NCBI GenBank assembly: GCA_900541835.1
Contig: UQLL01000001.1
Coordinates: 43,915-107,914 of the forward strand
Origin: an uncultured Porphyromonadaceae bacterium
GTDB taxonomy: Bacteria > Bacteroidota > Bacteroidia > Bacteroidales > Muribaculaceae
DNA: 64,000 nucleotides
Direction of reading: 5' to 3'
Shown here: positions 39,736 through 49,781 of the stretch, piece by piece
Layout of the letters: every line of letters begins with the position of its first letter
Position numbering within the stretch: the stretch's first letter is position 1
Position numbers and translations under genes: made by a program
Notes under the pieces: model-generated
Database searches by the model: none
What the model was told of the DNA's origin: nothing
Seen by the model: the letters and a program-made list of their open reading frames with translations, nothing else

Positions 39736-40811
39736 CGGTTCTCGTACATCTGGCGGTAGTAGTCCTGGTAGGCGCCGCTGGTGACGTTGTCAATCCAAGG
39801 CTGGTTGTCAAGATACCAGCGGACGGTTCGGCGGAGGCCCTCCTCGAACTGGAGACTCGGTTCCCAGCCCAGCTCGTCTTTGAGCTTGGTGGCGTTGATG
39901 GCGTAGCGAAGGTCGTGGCCGGCGCGGTCGGTGACGTAGGTGATGAGCTGCTCGCTGTCGCCTTCGGGACGGCCCAGCTGGCGGTCGACCTCGCGGCAGA
40001 GGGCATGCACCAGGTCGATGTTGCTCCATTCGTTGAATCCTCCTATATTATAGGTGTCTCCATTCTTGCCTTTATGGAAGATGAGGTCAATGGCGGCAGC
40101 ATGGTCCTCGACGTAGAGCCAATCGCGCACGTTCAGACCTTTCCCATATACGGGCAGCGGCTTGTGATGCCGTATGTTGTTGATGAACAGAGGGATTAGC
40201 TTTTCGGGGAACTGATTCGGACCATAGTTGTTGGAGCAGTTGGTGACGACGGCGGGCAGGCCGTAGGTGTCGTGGTATGCGCGTACGAAATGGTCGCTGG
40301 AGGCCTTTGAGGCGCTGTAGGGCGAGTGGGGATCGTAGCGGGTGTCCTCGGTGAACATTCCCTTGCCCATCTCCAGGGCGCCGTAGACCTCGTCGGTGCT
40401 GACATGGTGGAATCGCTTGCCCTGGAACTTATCGGGTGTATCGGACCAGACGCGGCGGGCGGATTCGAGCAGGCTGAGGGTGCCCATGACGTTGGTGCGG
40501 GCGAAGGTGAAGGGGTCGCGGATGGAGCGGTCTACGTGGCTCTCGGCGGCGAGGTGGATGATGCCGTCGATGGAGTAGCGGCGCATCATCCCCTCCATGG
40601 CGGCCATGTTGGCCACGTCGGCGCGTTCGAAGCGGTAGTTGGCTGCGTCGGCGATGTCGGCAAGGTTCTCGAGGTTGCCGGCATAGGTGAGCTTGTCCAC
40701 GTTCACCACCAGGTAGTCGGGATAGCGGCGAACCAGTCGGCGCACCACGTGGCTGCCGATGAAGCCGGCGCCGCCGGTGACCATTATATGTCGTTTGAAA
40801 TGCTGTGTCAT
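39732..40811 (-). CDS. rfbB: dTDP-glucose 4,6-dehydratase
   Basis: GGAGFIGSH Rossmann motif and YSASK catalytic motif, 359 aa from MTQHFKRHIMVTGG. The ORF-track N-terminal extension is a Pro/Arg-rich read-through. Confidence 0.9.
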   Translation of the reverse strand: MTQHFKRHIMVTGGAGFIGSHVVRRLVRRYPDYLVVNVDKLTYAGNLENLADIADAANYRFERADVANMAAMEGMMRRYSIDGIIHLAAESHVDRSIRDPFTFARTNVMGTLSLLESARRVWSDTPDKFQGKRFHHVSTDEVYGALEMGKGMFTEDTRYDPHSPYSASKASSDHFVRAYHDTYGLPAVVTNCSNNYGPNQFPEKLIPLFINNIRHHKPLPVYGKGLNVRDWLYVEDHAAAIDLIFHKGKNGDTYNIGGFNEWSNIDLVHALCREVDRQLGRPEGDSEQLITYVTDRAGHDLRYAINATKLKDELGWEPSLQFEEGLRRTVRWYLDNQPWIDNVTSGAYQDYYRQMYENR

Positions 40812-42238
40812 TTTTTGTTTAGATTTTCCACGCAGACTTGCAGGGAGTCGCGCCAGTAGGGGATGTCGAGGGAGAAGTCGCGCTGGATCTTGTCCTTGCT
40901 GAGGACGGAGTATGCGGGTCGTGCTGCCGGAGTGGGATATTCGGCGGTGGTGCAGGGGCGGACGCGGCATGTGTCGCGGCCTCCGAGGCGCTGGATCTCG
41001 CGGGCGAAATCGTACCAGGTGGCGGTGCCGAGGTCGGAGTAGTGGTAGGTGGTGCTGCGGCCGGGGTCGGTTGCTATCCTGAGGATGGCGGCGGCGAGGT
41101 CTCCGGCGTAGGTGGGGGTGCCGGTCTGGTCGTTGACGACTTTCAGCTCCGGGCGCTCGGACATGAGCTTCAGCATGGTGTGCACGAAGTTGTTGCCATA
41201 CTCGGAATAGAGCCAGGAGGTGCGTATGATGGTGTAGCTGCATCCGGCAGCCTTGACCATCTCCTCGCCCTCGAGCTTTGTCATGCCGTAGACACCGATC
41301 GGCGACGTGGGCGTTGTCTCCTCGATAGGTGTGTTGAGGCTGGACTGCCCGAAGACGTAGTCGGTGCTGATGTGGATGAGGTGTGCGGCGTGTTTCTTGG
41401 CGGCGTTGGCGAGCAGCCCCGGCGCCTCGGAATTGAGTTTGCGGGCTGTTGCGATGTCGCTCTCGGCCTTGTCGACGGAGGTGTAGGCGGCGCAGTTGAT
41501 GACCACGTTCGGACGAAACTCGGCGAACACCTGGTTTATGCTGTCGGCAGAGGTGATGTCCATCTCGGCGACGTCGGTGAAGAGGAACTCGCGGGAGTCG
41601 TTCTCGGCCAGTCTGCGCAGGCTGAGACCAAGCTGTCCGTTAGCTCCGGCGACGAGGATGCGCTTGAGCGTGGAGGTCTCCTCCGCCGGCTTCTGAGCGG
41701 CCAGCCATTCTGCCAGGGTGGGGCGGCGACTGTCCTTGTCGGAAACGACTGCCTGCGACAGGTCGCGGTGCCAGTCGATGCCGAGCGCCGGATCGGCAAA
41801 GGAGATGCCGTCCTCAGCTTCCGGACGGTAGTAGTTGTCGCACTTATACTGGAACTTGGCGGCTGGACTGAGTACGGCGAATCCGTGTGCGAAGCCCCGG
41901 GGGATGAAAAGCTGCCGCTTGTTCTCGTCGGTAAGCTCCACGGCCACGTGCCTGCCGAACGTCGGAGAGCCGGGCCGCAGGTCCACGGCCACGTCGAGCA
42001 CACGCCCCTGGACCACGCGCACGAGCTTGGCCTGTGCGTGTTCGCCGCGCTGGAAGTGCATGCCACGCACTACGGGGCCCTCGGAGTAGCTCTCGTTGTC
42101 CTGCACGAAATGGACGTCGGCGACTTCGCGCCGGAACTCGCGTTCCTCGAAGCTCTCGAAGAAATACCCGCGGGAGTCGTGGAACACTCGCGGTTCTATT
42201 ATCTTTACACCCTTGATGGGGGTTTCGGTTACCTTCAT
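40808..42238 (-). CDS. rfbCD: Bifunctional dTDP-4-dehydrorhamnose 3,5-epimerase (RfbC) / dTDP-4-dehydrorhamnose reductase (RfbD) fusion
   Basis: N-terminal cupin RfbC (about 180 aa), a roughly 20-aa linker, then RfbD starting ...LKRILVAGANGQLG with no internal Met or stop. 476 aa. Confidence 0.85.
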   Translation of the reverse strand: MKVTETPIKGVKIIEPRVFHDSRGYFFESFEEREFRREVADVHFVQDNESYSEGPVVRGMHFQRGEHAQAKLVRVVQGRVLDVAVDLRPGSPTFGRHVAVELTDENKRQLFIPRGFAHGFAVLSPAAKFQYKCDNYYRPEAEDGISFADPALGIDWHRDLSQAVVSDKDSRRPTLAEWLAAQKPAEETSTLKRILVAGANGQLGLSLRRLAENDSREFLFTDVAEMDITSADSINQVFAEFRPNVVINCAAYTSVDKAESDIATARKLNSEAPGLLANAAKKHAAHLIHISTDYVFGQSSLNTPIEETTPTSPIGVYGMTKLEGEEMVKAAGCSYTIIRTSWLYSEYGNNFVHTMLKLMSERPELKVVNDQTGTPTYAGDLAAAILRIATDPGRSTTYHYSDLGTATWYDFAREIQRLGGRDTCRVRPCTTAEYPTPAARPAYSVLSKDKIQRDFSLDIPYWRDSLQVCVENLNKK

Positions 42239-42253
42239 AGTTCTGGTTGACCC

Positions 42254-43129
42254 TTAGTTGTCTTTTAAAACTCCAAGCAGGTACTTGCCATACTCGTTCT
42301 TGGCCATGAGGCTGGCCGATTCCATAAGCTTCTCGCGGGTTATCCAGCCCCGGCGGTATGCCATGGCCTCCAGGCAGGCTATCTTCAGGCCCTGGCGCTT
42401 CTCGAGCACCTCGACGTATATGGAGGCGTCGGCCAGGGAATCGTGCGTGCCGGTATCGAGCCAGGCGAATCCGCGCTCGAGCTTCTGCACCTTGAGATGC
42501 CCGCGCCGCAGGTACTCCTGGTTCACACTGGTGATCTCCAGCTCCCCGCGGGCCGACGGCCTGACCGCCGCTGCCACGTCCACCACGTCGTTGGGATAGA
42601 AATACAAGCCCGTCACGGCGTAGTTGCTCTTGGGATGCCCAGGCTTCTCCTCTATGCTCAGACAGCGCCCGGCGTCATCGAACTCGGCCACGCCGTATCG
42701 TTCGGGGTCGGCGACCCAGTATCCGAAGACGGTGGCCTCTCCCCTGCCGGCGGCCTCGCGGGCCTCGGTGAGCATGGGCTCGAAGCCGGTGCCGTGGAAG
42801 ATATTGTCGCCGAGCACCAGACAGGCGTCGTCGCCGCCGATGAACTCCCGGCCGATGATGAACGCCTGCGCCAGTCCGTCAGGGCTTGGCTGCACGGCAT
42901 AACTCATCCGGCAGCCGAAATGGCTGCCGTCGCCCAGGAGTCGCTTGAAATTCGGCAGATCCTCCGGGGTGGATATCAGCAGGATGTCGCGGATTCCGGC
43001 ATGCATGAGCGTGGCGAGCGGGTAATAGACCATCGGCTTATCGTACACCGGCAGGAGCTGCTTGCTCACCGCCCTGGTGATGGGATAGAGCCGCGTCCCG
43101 CTGCCGCCGGCCAAAATTATACCTTTCAT
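42254..43129 (-). CDS. rfbA: Glucose-1-phosphate thymidylyltransferase
   Basis: [11 protein letters not shown] motif, 291 aa. Confidence 0.95.
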   Translation of the reverse strand: MKGIILAGGSGTRLYPITRAVSKQLLPVYDKPMVYYPLATLMHAGIRDILLISTPEDLPNFKRLLGDGSHFGCRMSYAVQPSPDGLAQAFIIGREFIGGDDACLVLGDNIFHGTGFEPMLTEAREAAGRGEATVFGYWVADPERYGVAEFDDAGRCLSIEEKPGHPKSNYAVTGLYFYPNDVVDVAAAVRPSARGELEITSVNQEYLRRGHLKVQKLERGFAWLDTGTHDSLADASIYVEVLEKRQGLKIACLEAMAYRRGWITREKLMESASLMAKNEYGKYLLGVLKDN

Positions 43130-43268
43130 ACCGCAAAGTTAGCACATTTTCCGCACCCGCGCAAACACGGAAAGGCTGAGGGCTGAGAGACCTTATGCGG
43201 ACCATGTGTCTCTGTACTCGCAGCTCTCGGCAAAATAAAAACGGTGAGTCTGCGTTATTAAGGCAGAT

Positions 43269-44318
43269 ATGAAGACTATCAGCATCAAGGGCCTGCTGCT
43301 TGCGGCCCTGTCGGCAATATTCACGATACATCCCTTCTCTGCCCAGGAACCGCTCTGGTTAGGTGGCGACATCAGTGGCGTTAGTGCCGACGAGGCTCGT
43401 GGACGCAGCTTCCTCGACGCCGACGGCCACGACGCCGACCCTTTCCGGCTCATGCGCGACTATGGCATGAACGCCATACGCCTACGAGTGTGGGTGAACC
43501 CCATAGACGGCTTCTGCTCACCCGGCGACGTAGTGCAGATGGCCCTGCGTGCCAAGGACTTGGGTATGCCGGTGATGATCGATTTCCACTATAGCGACTG
43601 GTGGGCCGATCCCGGCAAGCAGAACATCCCCGAGGAGTGGCGCGACATGGGAGTCGAGGAAATGGCACAGGCACTGGCCGAACATACCCGCAACACTTTG
43701 GACCTACTGAAATCCAACGACATAGACGTGCGCTGGGTGCAGGTCGGCAACGAGACCACCCACGGCTTCCTTTGGCCAATTGGCCGTTTCGAGGAGAACC
43801 CTGACAACTACGCCATGCTCACCCAGGCCGGCATAGACGCTGTCAAGGAAGTATATCCCGAGGCCCAGGCTATCATCCACCTCGACAACGGCTTCGACCA
43901 GGAACTCTACGACCGAGTGTTCGACTCACTGGCTGAGCGCGGCGTGAAGTGGGACATCATCGGCATGAGCCTCTATCCCTACTGGGCCATGGAAGGGAAA
44001 TTCCGACCCGACGAGGACTCCACGCTCAATGACTGCATCGAGAATATAAAGCACCTCAAGGAGAAGTACGGCACCGACATCATGATAACCGAGATAGGCG
44101 TGGACGCCAGGGAGCCGGAGGCAGGCTACAACTTTATGGTCAAGACCTTCGACAAGGTCATCGACGAGGTGCCGGACGCTTGCAAAGGTGTATTCTACTG
44201 GGCGCCGGAGATCAACGCCGACGCCGACTACCACCTCGGCGCCTTCAGCCACGACCGTCCCACAAAGATTATGGACGCGTTCAAGTATGCATCTCGGAAA
44301 GCCGCCGGAACCCGGTAG
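43269..44318 (+). CDS. Arabinogalactan endo-1,4-beta-galactosidase (GH53)
   Basis: Signal peptide plus a GH53 fold with catalytic-Glu contexts (NETT..., ITEIGVD). Confidence 0.8.
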   Translation: MKTISIKGLLLAALSAIFTIHPFSAQEPLWLGGDISGVSADEARGRSFLDADGHDADPFRLMRDYGMNAIRLRVWVNPIDGFCSPGDVVQMALRAKDLGMPVMIDFHYSDWWADPGKQNIPEEWRDMGVEEMAQALAEHTRNTLDLLKSNDIDVRWVQVGNETTHGFLWPIGRFEENPDNYAMLTQAGIDAVKEVYPEAQAIIHLDNGFDQELYDRVFDSLAERGVKWDIIGMSLYPYWAMEGKFRPDEDSTLNDCIENIKHLKEKYGTDIMITEIGVDAREPEAGYNFMVKTFDKVIDEVPDACKGVFYWAPEINADADYHLGAFSHDRPTKIMDAFKYASRKAAGTR

Positions 44319-44352
44319 CCGATGAGTCGGACAACCTCCGACAACGCGTTTC

Positions 44353-44377
44353 GGACGCACGGCCCGTGCGTCCCTAC
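44353..44377. repeat. REP-like palindrome GGACGCACGG-CCC-GTGCGTCCCTAC
   Basis: Between convergent gene ends. The CTA of CCCTAC is the stop of the minus-strand gene ending at 44374. Confidence 0.75.
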
Positions 44378-45606
44378 CTGAGCAGCGCCGACAGATAGTC
44401 GATGGAGTCGAGGATGTTGTCTATCAGTTCCAGCTCACGAGTGTCGTCGGTCTTCTCTTTGGCACGGCGGGCCATGTTGGCGGCGGGGGTCAGGTAGACG
44501 TCGATGAGGTCCTGCGACATCTGTCGGCGCTGCTTGCGGGTGCCTTTTATGAGCTCCTTCTTTGCCTGAGCCACACGGTAGAGAGTGTGTGCTCCGCGCA
44601 TCAGCATCTTAGCCGACATGTCGGGGTGTTCGGCGGCCAGCTTGTAATCTATGACGGCGGCGTCCATGCGACCCTCGCTCTCGTTGACCCATCCGCGCAG
44701 GCCGAGGGGGAGCCATTCGTCGGGGGCGAGCTGCACCTGGCGGTCGAGAATGCGGCGTATGGAGTCGGTCCGTCCGGCGGATATGTAGATCTGCGTCATG
44801 CGGTTCAGGAACTCCGGTTCCCGGATGCCATGCCGTCTATACCCGCGTGTGGAGATAGCCAGCAGGGAGTCGCGGGACTCGTCGCGCAGAGAAATCGAGT
44901 CGCGGGCGAACTTCTCCCATATCGCCATGCTGTACAGGTACATAGGTGCCGAGTCCTTGCCAAACTCCTCGGCGCGGTTGAAGGCCCTCAGGGCACGACG
45001 CGGCTCGTTGCCTCCGTAAGCACTTAGCCCGGCATAATAGTATATCTCACGCCGCAGGGTGTCGGGGAGCATTCTCTGTGCCCGAATCATCCTCGGATTG
45101 GTGGCCAGAGAGGCGGCTGCCATGAATCCGTCATATGCCTGGGGGTAGTAATTCTTGGCGGCGTAGCTGATGGCCCCGGCGCGGTAGAGATCATACGCCT
45201 TGCCGTCTAGAGCGGCCAGTATCTGGGCCGAATACTTCGGCTTCACGCGACCCTTGCGGTCGGGCAGCGAGTCGAGCGGGAGGGCCTTGAGCAGGTAGCG
45301 GTATCCGTCGAGCAGCTTGGCTGTCATGTCGGCATCCTTGACGCTGAGGTCCTTGGGGTTTATCTCGCGTTTGCGCACGTCGGCATCGTAGCTCCCCCAC
45401 TCTATCATGGCGGCCACGAACCAAGTACGAGCCTGGTCCTTAGTCTGGTTATGCGCCATAGCCTCCTTGATGAGCTTGCGCGACTCGGCCAGGCCGTCGG
45501 TCTTGCCCACCAGCTTCCAGGCCGCGTCAACGTTCTTCTTCTGCGCCGAAGCACCAATGCAGGCGAGAACAAGAACCAACAATATGGAGATTCTGATTCC
45601 TTTCAT
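44374..45606 (-). CDS. Hypothetical secreted all-helical (TPR-like) protein
   Basis: Signal peptide MKGIRISILLVLVLACIGASA. 410 aa with no recognisable catalytic motif. Confidence 0.6.
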   Translation of the reverse strand: MKGIRISILLVLVLACIGASAQKKNVDAAWKLVGKTDGLAESRKLIKEAMAHNQTKDQARTWFVAAMIEWGSYDADVRKREINPKDLSVKDADMTAKLLDGYRYLLKALPLDSLPDRKGRVKPKYSAQILAALDGKAYDLYRAGAISYAAKNYYPQAYDGFMAAASLATNPRMIRAQRMLPDTLRREIYYYAGLSAYGGNEPRRALRAFNRAEEFGKDSAPMYLYSMAIWEKFARDSISLRDESRDSLLAISTRGYRRHGIREPEFLNRMTQIYISAGRTDSIRRILDRQVQLAPDEWLPLGLRGWVNESEGRMDAAVIDYKLAAEHPDMSAKMLMRGAHTLYRVAQAKKELIKGTRKQRRQMSQDLIDVYLTPAANMARRAKEKTDDTRELELIDNILDSIDYLSALLR

Positions 45607-45616
45607 TTTTCGGCTG

Positions 45617-45624
45617 CAAAATTA
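45617..45624 (-). promoter_or_regulatory. -7 box TAATTTTG (TAATTTTGCAGCC) for the 44374-45606 gene
   Basis: On the minus strand, GTTGTAATTTTGCAGCCGAAAAATG places the box 10 nt before the ATG. Confidence 0.45.
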
Positions 45625-45666
45625 CAACATATTTTTCAATATTAAACGCTTGAACTCGTTACATTA

Positions 45667-48066
45667 ATGATGAAGAAGATTGCATTCGTACTGCTGCTGA
45701 CGGTCTGCACACTGTTGCCGGCCGTGGCGCAGAATGTCAAGATAAGCGGCAAGATCCTGGACCAGGAGGACAAGCCGATAGAGTTCGGCACGGTGCGCAT
45801 CGCCGGAACGGCCGTAGGCACCAACACCAACCTTGACGGCGCCTACACGCTCTCCATAGCCCCGCGCGACACTCTCGAGCTCATTTACTCCGCCATCGGC
45901 TACCGCACCGTCAAGCGTACTTTGATCGACGCCAAGGGAGAGCTGACAATAAATGTCAAAATGCTCCCTGAAGACCACATGCTCGACGAGGTGCAGGTGC
46001 AGGGCTACCGCCCCAACTCGCAGGGCATGCAGCACGTCGACGTGGACAACCTGCGCGTCTCTCCCGACGTTTCGGGCGGCTCCGTGGAGTCCGTCATCGG
46101 CACCATGGCCGGAGTGGTGCAGAACAACGAAATGTCGTCGCAGTACCAGGTGCGAGGCGGCTCCTTCGACGAGAACTCCGTGTACATCAACGGCATAGAG
46201 CTGTACCGCCCGCAGCTCATCAGCAACGGCCAGCAGGAGGGCCTGAGTGTCATCAACCCCGACATGGTGGGTGCCATCAACTTCTCCACCGGCGGCTTCT
46301 CGGCCCGCTATTCCGACAAGATGAGCTCCGTGCTCGACATCACCTACCGCGAGCCGCAGGCCTTCGAGGGCGCCGTCTCCGCATCCCTCATGGGCGGCTC
46401 TATAATGATAGGCCAGAACTCCGGTAAATTCTCGCAGATGCACGGTGCCCGCCTCAAGAAGAACAACTCTCTGCTCTCCAGCCTCGACAGCAAGGGGGAA
46501 TACGACCCCACATTCTTCGACTACCAGCTCAACATGACTTACAAGCCGAGCGAGAAAATCTCCGTCAACCTGCTTGGCAACATCAATCTCAACCACTACA
46601 ACTTCAAGCCTCACGACCGCGAGACCTCCTTCGGCATCGCCGACGACGTCAAGAAGTTCAAGGTCTACTTCGATGGCGAAGAGAAGGACCGCTTCGAGAC
46701 ATACCTCGGAGCCCTGAGCGTGACCTGGCGCCCGTCGCAGGCTTTCACCCTCCAGACCGGCGGCGGCGCCTTCCTCACCAATGAGCTGGTGAGCTACGAC
46801 ATCTCCGGCGAATACTGGCTCGACCAGGCCGGCACCTCCGGCAACGGCGGGGTGGGCGGCGAGCAGGGCGTGGGCAAGTACATGGAGCATTCCCGCAACC
46901 GCCTCCGCGCCAGCGTGCTCCAGTTCTGGACCAACGCCCGCACACAGATCGGCCGACAGAACCTCAGCATCGGACTCCAGTACCAGCACGAGACCTTCCG
47001 CGACCGCTCCCGCGAATGGGAATGGCGCGACTCGGCCGGTTACTCACTGCCCACCGCGCCCCCAGGCGTGCACCTGCTCTACAACCTCTCCTCCCGCCAG
47101 GACGTCGTCACCAACCGCATCGCCTTCTTCGCCCAGGACACCTACTACCTCAACACCGACGCCGCCTTCCTGACCTTCAACGCCGGAGTGCGCGTCTCAT
47201 ACTGGGATTTTAACAAAGAGACCTTGATATCCCCACGGTTCAACTTCTCCCTCAGCCCCGCAGCCCACGACCGCTGGACCTTCCGCGCCGCCTTCGGATG
47301 GTATTACCAGTCGCCCTTCTTCAAGGAATACCGCCAGGCCGTGCAGGATGACCTCGGCAACGGCTCCGTAGTCCTCAACCGCGACATAAAATCTCCACGC
47401 TCCATACAGGTGATACTGGGTACCGACTACACCTTCCGCGCCCTGGACCGACCTTTCAAGCTCACCGCCGAGGCTTACTACAAGAACATCGCCCGCATGA
47501 TCAGCTACGAGTACGACAACCTCAAGGTCAACTACTCAGGAGCCAACGATTCCAAGGGCTACATCATGGGCCTGGACCTGCGCTTCTTCGGGCAGTTCGT
47601 CGAGGGGAGCGACTCGTGGGTCTCCTTCTCGCTGATGAAGACCCAACAGGACTTGGCGGGCAAGAAGATGCCCATGCCCAGCGACCACCGCTACTCCGTG
47701 GCCATCTTCTTCACCGATTACTTCCCCAAGTTCCCCAAGCTCAAGTTCGCCCTGCGCGGCATCTTCTCCGACGGCCTGACGATGGTACCGCCCCGGCAGA
47801 CCCGCGACAAGGTATGGTTCCGCGCCCCCGCCTACAAGCGCGTCGACATCGGCCTGAGCTACCAGATCGTCGGTAGCCCTAAAGGGGAGGAACCCCGCCG
47901 CGGATGGCTCAAGGACCTCACCATCGGCCTCGACCTGTTCAACCTCTTCGACATCTCCAACGTCAGCTCCTACTATTGGATCACGGACGTCAACAACATC
48001 CAGTACGCCGTTCCCAACTACCTGACTCGCCGCCAGCTCAACGTCCGCCTGAGCATGCAGTTCTGA
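45667..48066 (+). CDS. TonB-dependent receptor with an N-terminal carboxypeptidase-regulatory-like domain (no SusD partner)
   Basis: Signal peptide, CarbopepD_reg-like and plug domains, a 22-strand barrel, and a terminal ...NVRLSMQF ending in the conserved Phe. 799 aa. Confidence 0.9.
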   Translation: MMKKIAFVLLLTVCTLLPAVAQNVKISGKILDQEDKPIEFGTVRIAGTAVGTNTNLDGAYTLSIAPRDTLELIYSAIGYRTVKRTLIDAKGELTINVKMLPEDHMLDEVQVQGYRPNSQGMQHVDVDNLRVSPDVSGGSVESVIGTMAGVVQNNEMSSQYQVRGGSFDENSVYINGIELYRPQLISNGQQEGLSVINPDMVGAINFSTGGFSARYSDKMSSVLDITYREPQAFEGAVSASLMGGSIMIGQNSGKFSQMHGARLKKNNSLLSSLDSKGEYDPTFFDYQLNMTYKPSEKISVNLLGNINLNHYNFKPHDRETSFGIADDVKKFKVYFDGEEKDRFETYLGALSVTWRPSQAFTLQTGGGAFLTNELVSYDISGEYWLDQAGTSGNGGVGGEQGVGKYMEHSRNRLRASVLQFWTNARTQIGRQNLSIGLQYQHETFRDRSREWEWRDSAGYSLPTAPPGVHLLYNLSSRQDVVTNRIAFFAQDTYYLNTDAAFLTFNAGVRVSYWDFNKETLISPRFNFSLSPAAHDRWTFRAAFGWYYQSPFFKEYRQAVQDDLGNGSVVLNRDIKSPRSIQVILGTDYTFRALDRPFKLTAEAYYKNIARMISYEYDNLKVNYSGANDSKGYIMGLDLRFFGQFVEGSDSWVSFSLMKTQQDLAGKKMPMPSDHRYSVAIFFTDYFPKFPKLKFALRGIFSDGLTMVPPRQTRDKVWFRAPAYKRVDIGLSYQIVGSPKGEEPRRGWLKDLTIGLDLFNLFDISNVSSYYWITDVNNIQYAVPNYLTRRQLNVRLSMQF

Positions 48067-48145
48067 GGGTTGTAGGAGTTATAGAGAAAATTATTACTGT
48101 CCGGGGGAACTTAAAATAGTGTTACCCGGGCACCAATGAGAGAAA

Positions 48146-48190
48146 ACAGGAGTATAGGAAAGCAAATCCTATAACTCCTGTTTTCAATCT
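48146..48190. terminator. Bidirectional rho-independent terminator (ACAGGAGTATAGGA-aagcaaa-TCCTATAACTCCTGT with flanking T-tracts)
   Basis: A roughly 15-bp stem followed by TTTTC on the plus strand and by TTTTCTCTC on the minus strand. Lies between the convergent TonB receptor and FadL genes. Confidence 0.7.
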
Positions 48191-48210
48191 TCTTCCTAAT
48201 CCTCCTAAAA

Positions 48211-49590
48211 CTAAAACGCGTATCTTATTCCGATGCTCGGAGTGAAGGCGTGCACGTGGTAGTCGGCGCGGAAGGTCTGCTCGGCGGGCAGGCCGAGCAC
48301 AGGCATACTGGCTGCCAGCAGGTCGGGGTAAGTGCAGGAGGCATCCTTGCGCCCCAGCCCCGCCACGTACATGAACGAGACGTCGATGCCAAGGCGGGGC
48401 AGCGGACGGAACGTCAGTCCGGCACTTGGGCCCAGGCGCGTCATTCCCGGCGTCTCGGGGTTGAAGTGCTCCTTGTTGACAGGAGTTAGGTCCACCATCA
48501 TGCCGGCGCGCAGGTCCAGTCGAGGCGTCAGCGCATACTCACCGCCCAGACGGAAGGCCCACGCATTGCAATAGCGCTTCGGCAACTTCTGGTCGTAGGC
48601 CGACAGCTTGTCGCTGAGGAAGTCGATGTGCAATTCCTTGTACGTCTTCCAGCCCGTCAGTTGGGCGTCGAAGGCCAGGGTGAGCTTATCGACGGGCCGG
48701 TATGAGGCGCCGAGCGTGAGCACGTATGGAGAGGGCATGGAAGCCTTGAAATTGGCGGCGTTGATGATGCCAAGATCTTTCTCCAGCACAGCACGGGCTA
48801 TCTCGTTGGCGTAGCTGACTGTGGCGTCGCCGCTGCGCACCTTCATCTGCATCTTGGAGCGGAATGAGGCACCGACGCTCAGGCGGCTCGTGAGATCGTA
48901 CATCGCGCCTACGTTGAAGCCTACACTGAGGTCTGATTTGCCCTTGAGATTGACCGAGGCGGGCGATATATCGTCGAAACGGTACTCTGGGTCGATGCCC
49001 ATCTGCTGACTAATGCCTGTGGCGGCCATCATGCCCAGGGCACGGTCCATGGTGGAGCTGCTCACCAGGCCCTTGCTGAGGTCCACGGAGCCCCAGGAGA
49101 GCATAAGTCCGGCACCGATACTCAGCTTTGGAGTTATGCGCCACGCCACCGTAGGCTGCAGGTCGTAAATCTTCAGATTGACCTTCTGGCTGAGTACCGA
49201 GCCGGGCCAGTCGCGTGTCCAGTTGATTGAACTGCCGTAGGGAGTGTAGAAGCTGACTCCCACCTGGAGGTTATCGTAGACGCGGAAAGCGGCGTTGAAG
49301 GCCATCGGCGTGGAGATGCTGTTGTGGGTGCGGTAGGTGGCGCCGGACACGTCGGCCGAGACCTGGGAGGCGACAGCGGTGAAGGTGCCCGTCAGGTCGA
49401 GGGCCTTGGAGGAAAAGCCGAGTCCGGCAGGGTTGAAGATCATGCTCTCGGCGCCGAGCTTGAGTGCGACACCCGTATGACCCATGCCAAGCTGACGTGC
49501 ACTGAGGGTGTTGACCTGGTAGCCTTCGGCGGCGGCCGTCAGCGCTCCGAGCAGGCACCCCGCCGCCAGCAGAAGTAGTTCTTTTATCAT
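48211..49590 (-). CDS. Outer-membrane transport protein, OmpP1/FadL/TodX family
   Basis: Signal peptide, beta-barrel periodicity, and a C-terminal ...IGIRYAF ending in the conserved Phe. 459 aa. Confidence 0.85.
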   Translation of the reverse strand: MIKELLLLAAGCLLGALTAAAEGYQVNTLSARQLGMGHTGVALKLGAESMIFNPAGLGFSSKALDLTGTFTAVASQVSADVSGATYRTHNSISTPMAFNAAFRVYDNLQVGVSFYTPYGSSINWTRDWPGSVLSQKVNLKIYDLQPTVAWRITPKLSIGAGLMLSWGSVDLSKGLVSSSTMDRALGMMAATGISQQMGIDPEYRFDDISPASVNLKGKSDLSVGFNVGAMYDLTSRLSVGASFRSKMQMKVRSGDATVSYANEIARAVLEKDLGIINAANFKASMPSPYVLTLGASYRPVDKLTLAFDAQLTGWKTYKELHIDFLSDKLSAYDQKLPKRYCNAWAFRLGGEYALTPRLDLRAGMMVDLTPVNKEHFNPETPGMTRLGPSAGLTFRPLPRLGIDVSFMYVAGLGRKDASCTYPDLLAASMPVLGLPAEQTFRADYHVHAFTPSIGIRYAF

Positions 49591-49608
49591 TGTATCCGAA
49601 TAGTTTTA

Positions 49609-49658
49609 AGCCTCTGAGGCAGTTATTACAACAACCTCAGAGGCTGATTCTTTATTTG
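49609..49658. terminator. Hairpin AGCCTCTGAGG-(15 nt)-CCTCAGAGGCT followed by GATTCTTTATTTG
   Basis: 11-bp perfect stem between the pfp 3' end and the fadL-like start. Possible terminator for pfp or attenuator upstream of fadL. Confidence 0.4.
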
Positions 49659-49781
49659 CTATTACACGAGTCGGTATCATAAAGTATGCAGATGCCAGGC
49701 GCAGGGTTCCGAGGGTGAGGGAGCGTACTTTAACCCGAATGGTTCCTGCAACGCCGCATATGCGTGCTTTATGGCGCCCAC

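Noticed and set aside
39732-41243. N-terminal 144-aa extension of rfbB in the ORF track (and similar extensions of pyrD, dnaG, murB, EamA)
   Set aside because: The extensions are Pro/Arg/His-rich read-through of upstream coding or intergenic sequence; conserved protein N-termini begin at internal Met codons
49660-49781. Possible small RNA in the 190-nt fadL / pfp intergenic region (contains GGTTCC...GGTTCC)
   Set aside because: No convincing conserved structure or promoter/terminator pair beyond the hairpin at 49609-49645; most likely just the 3' UTR of pfp
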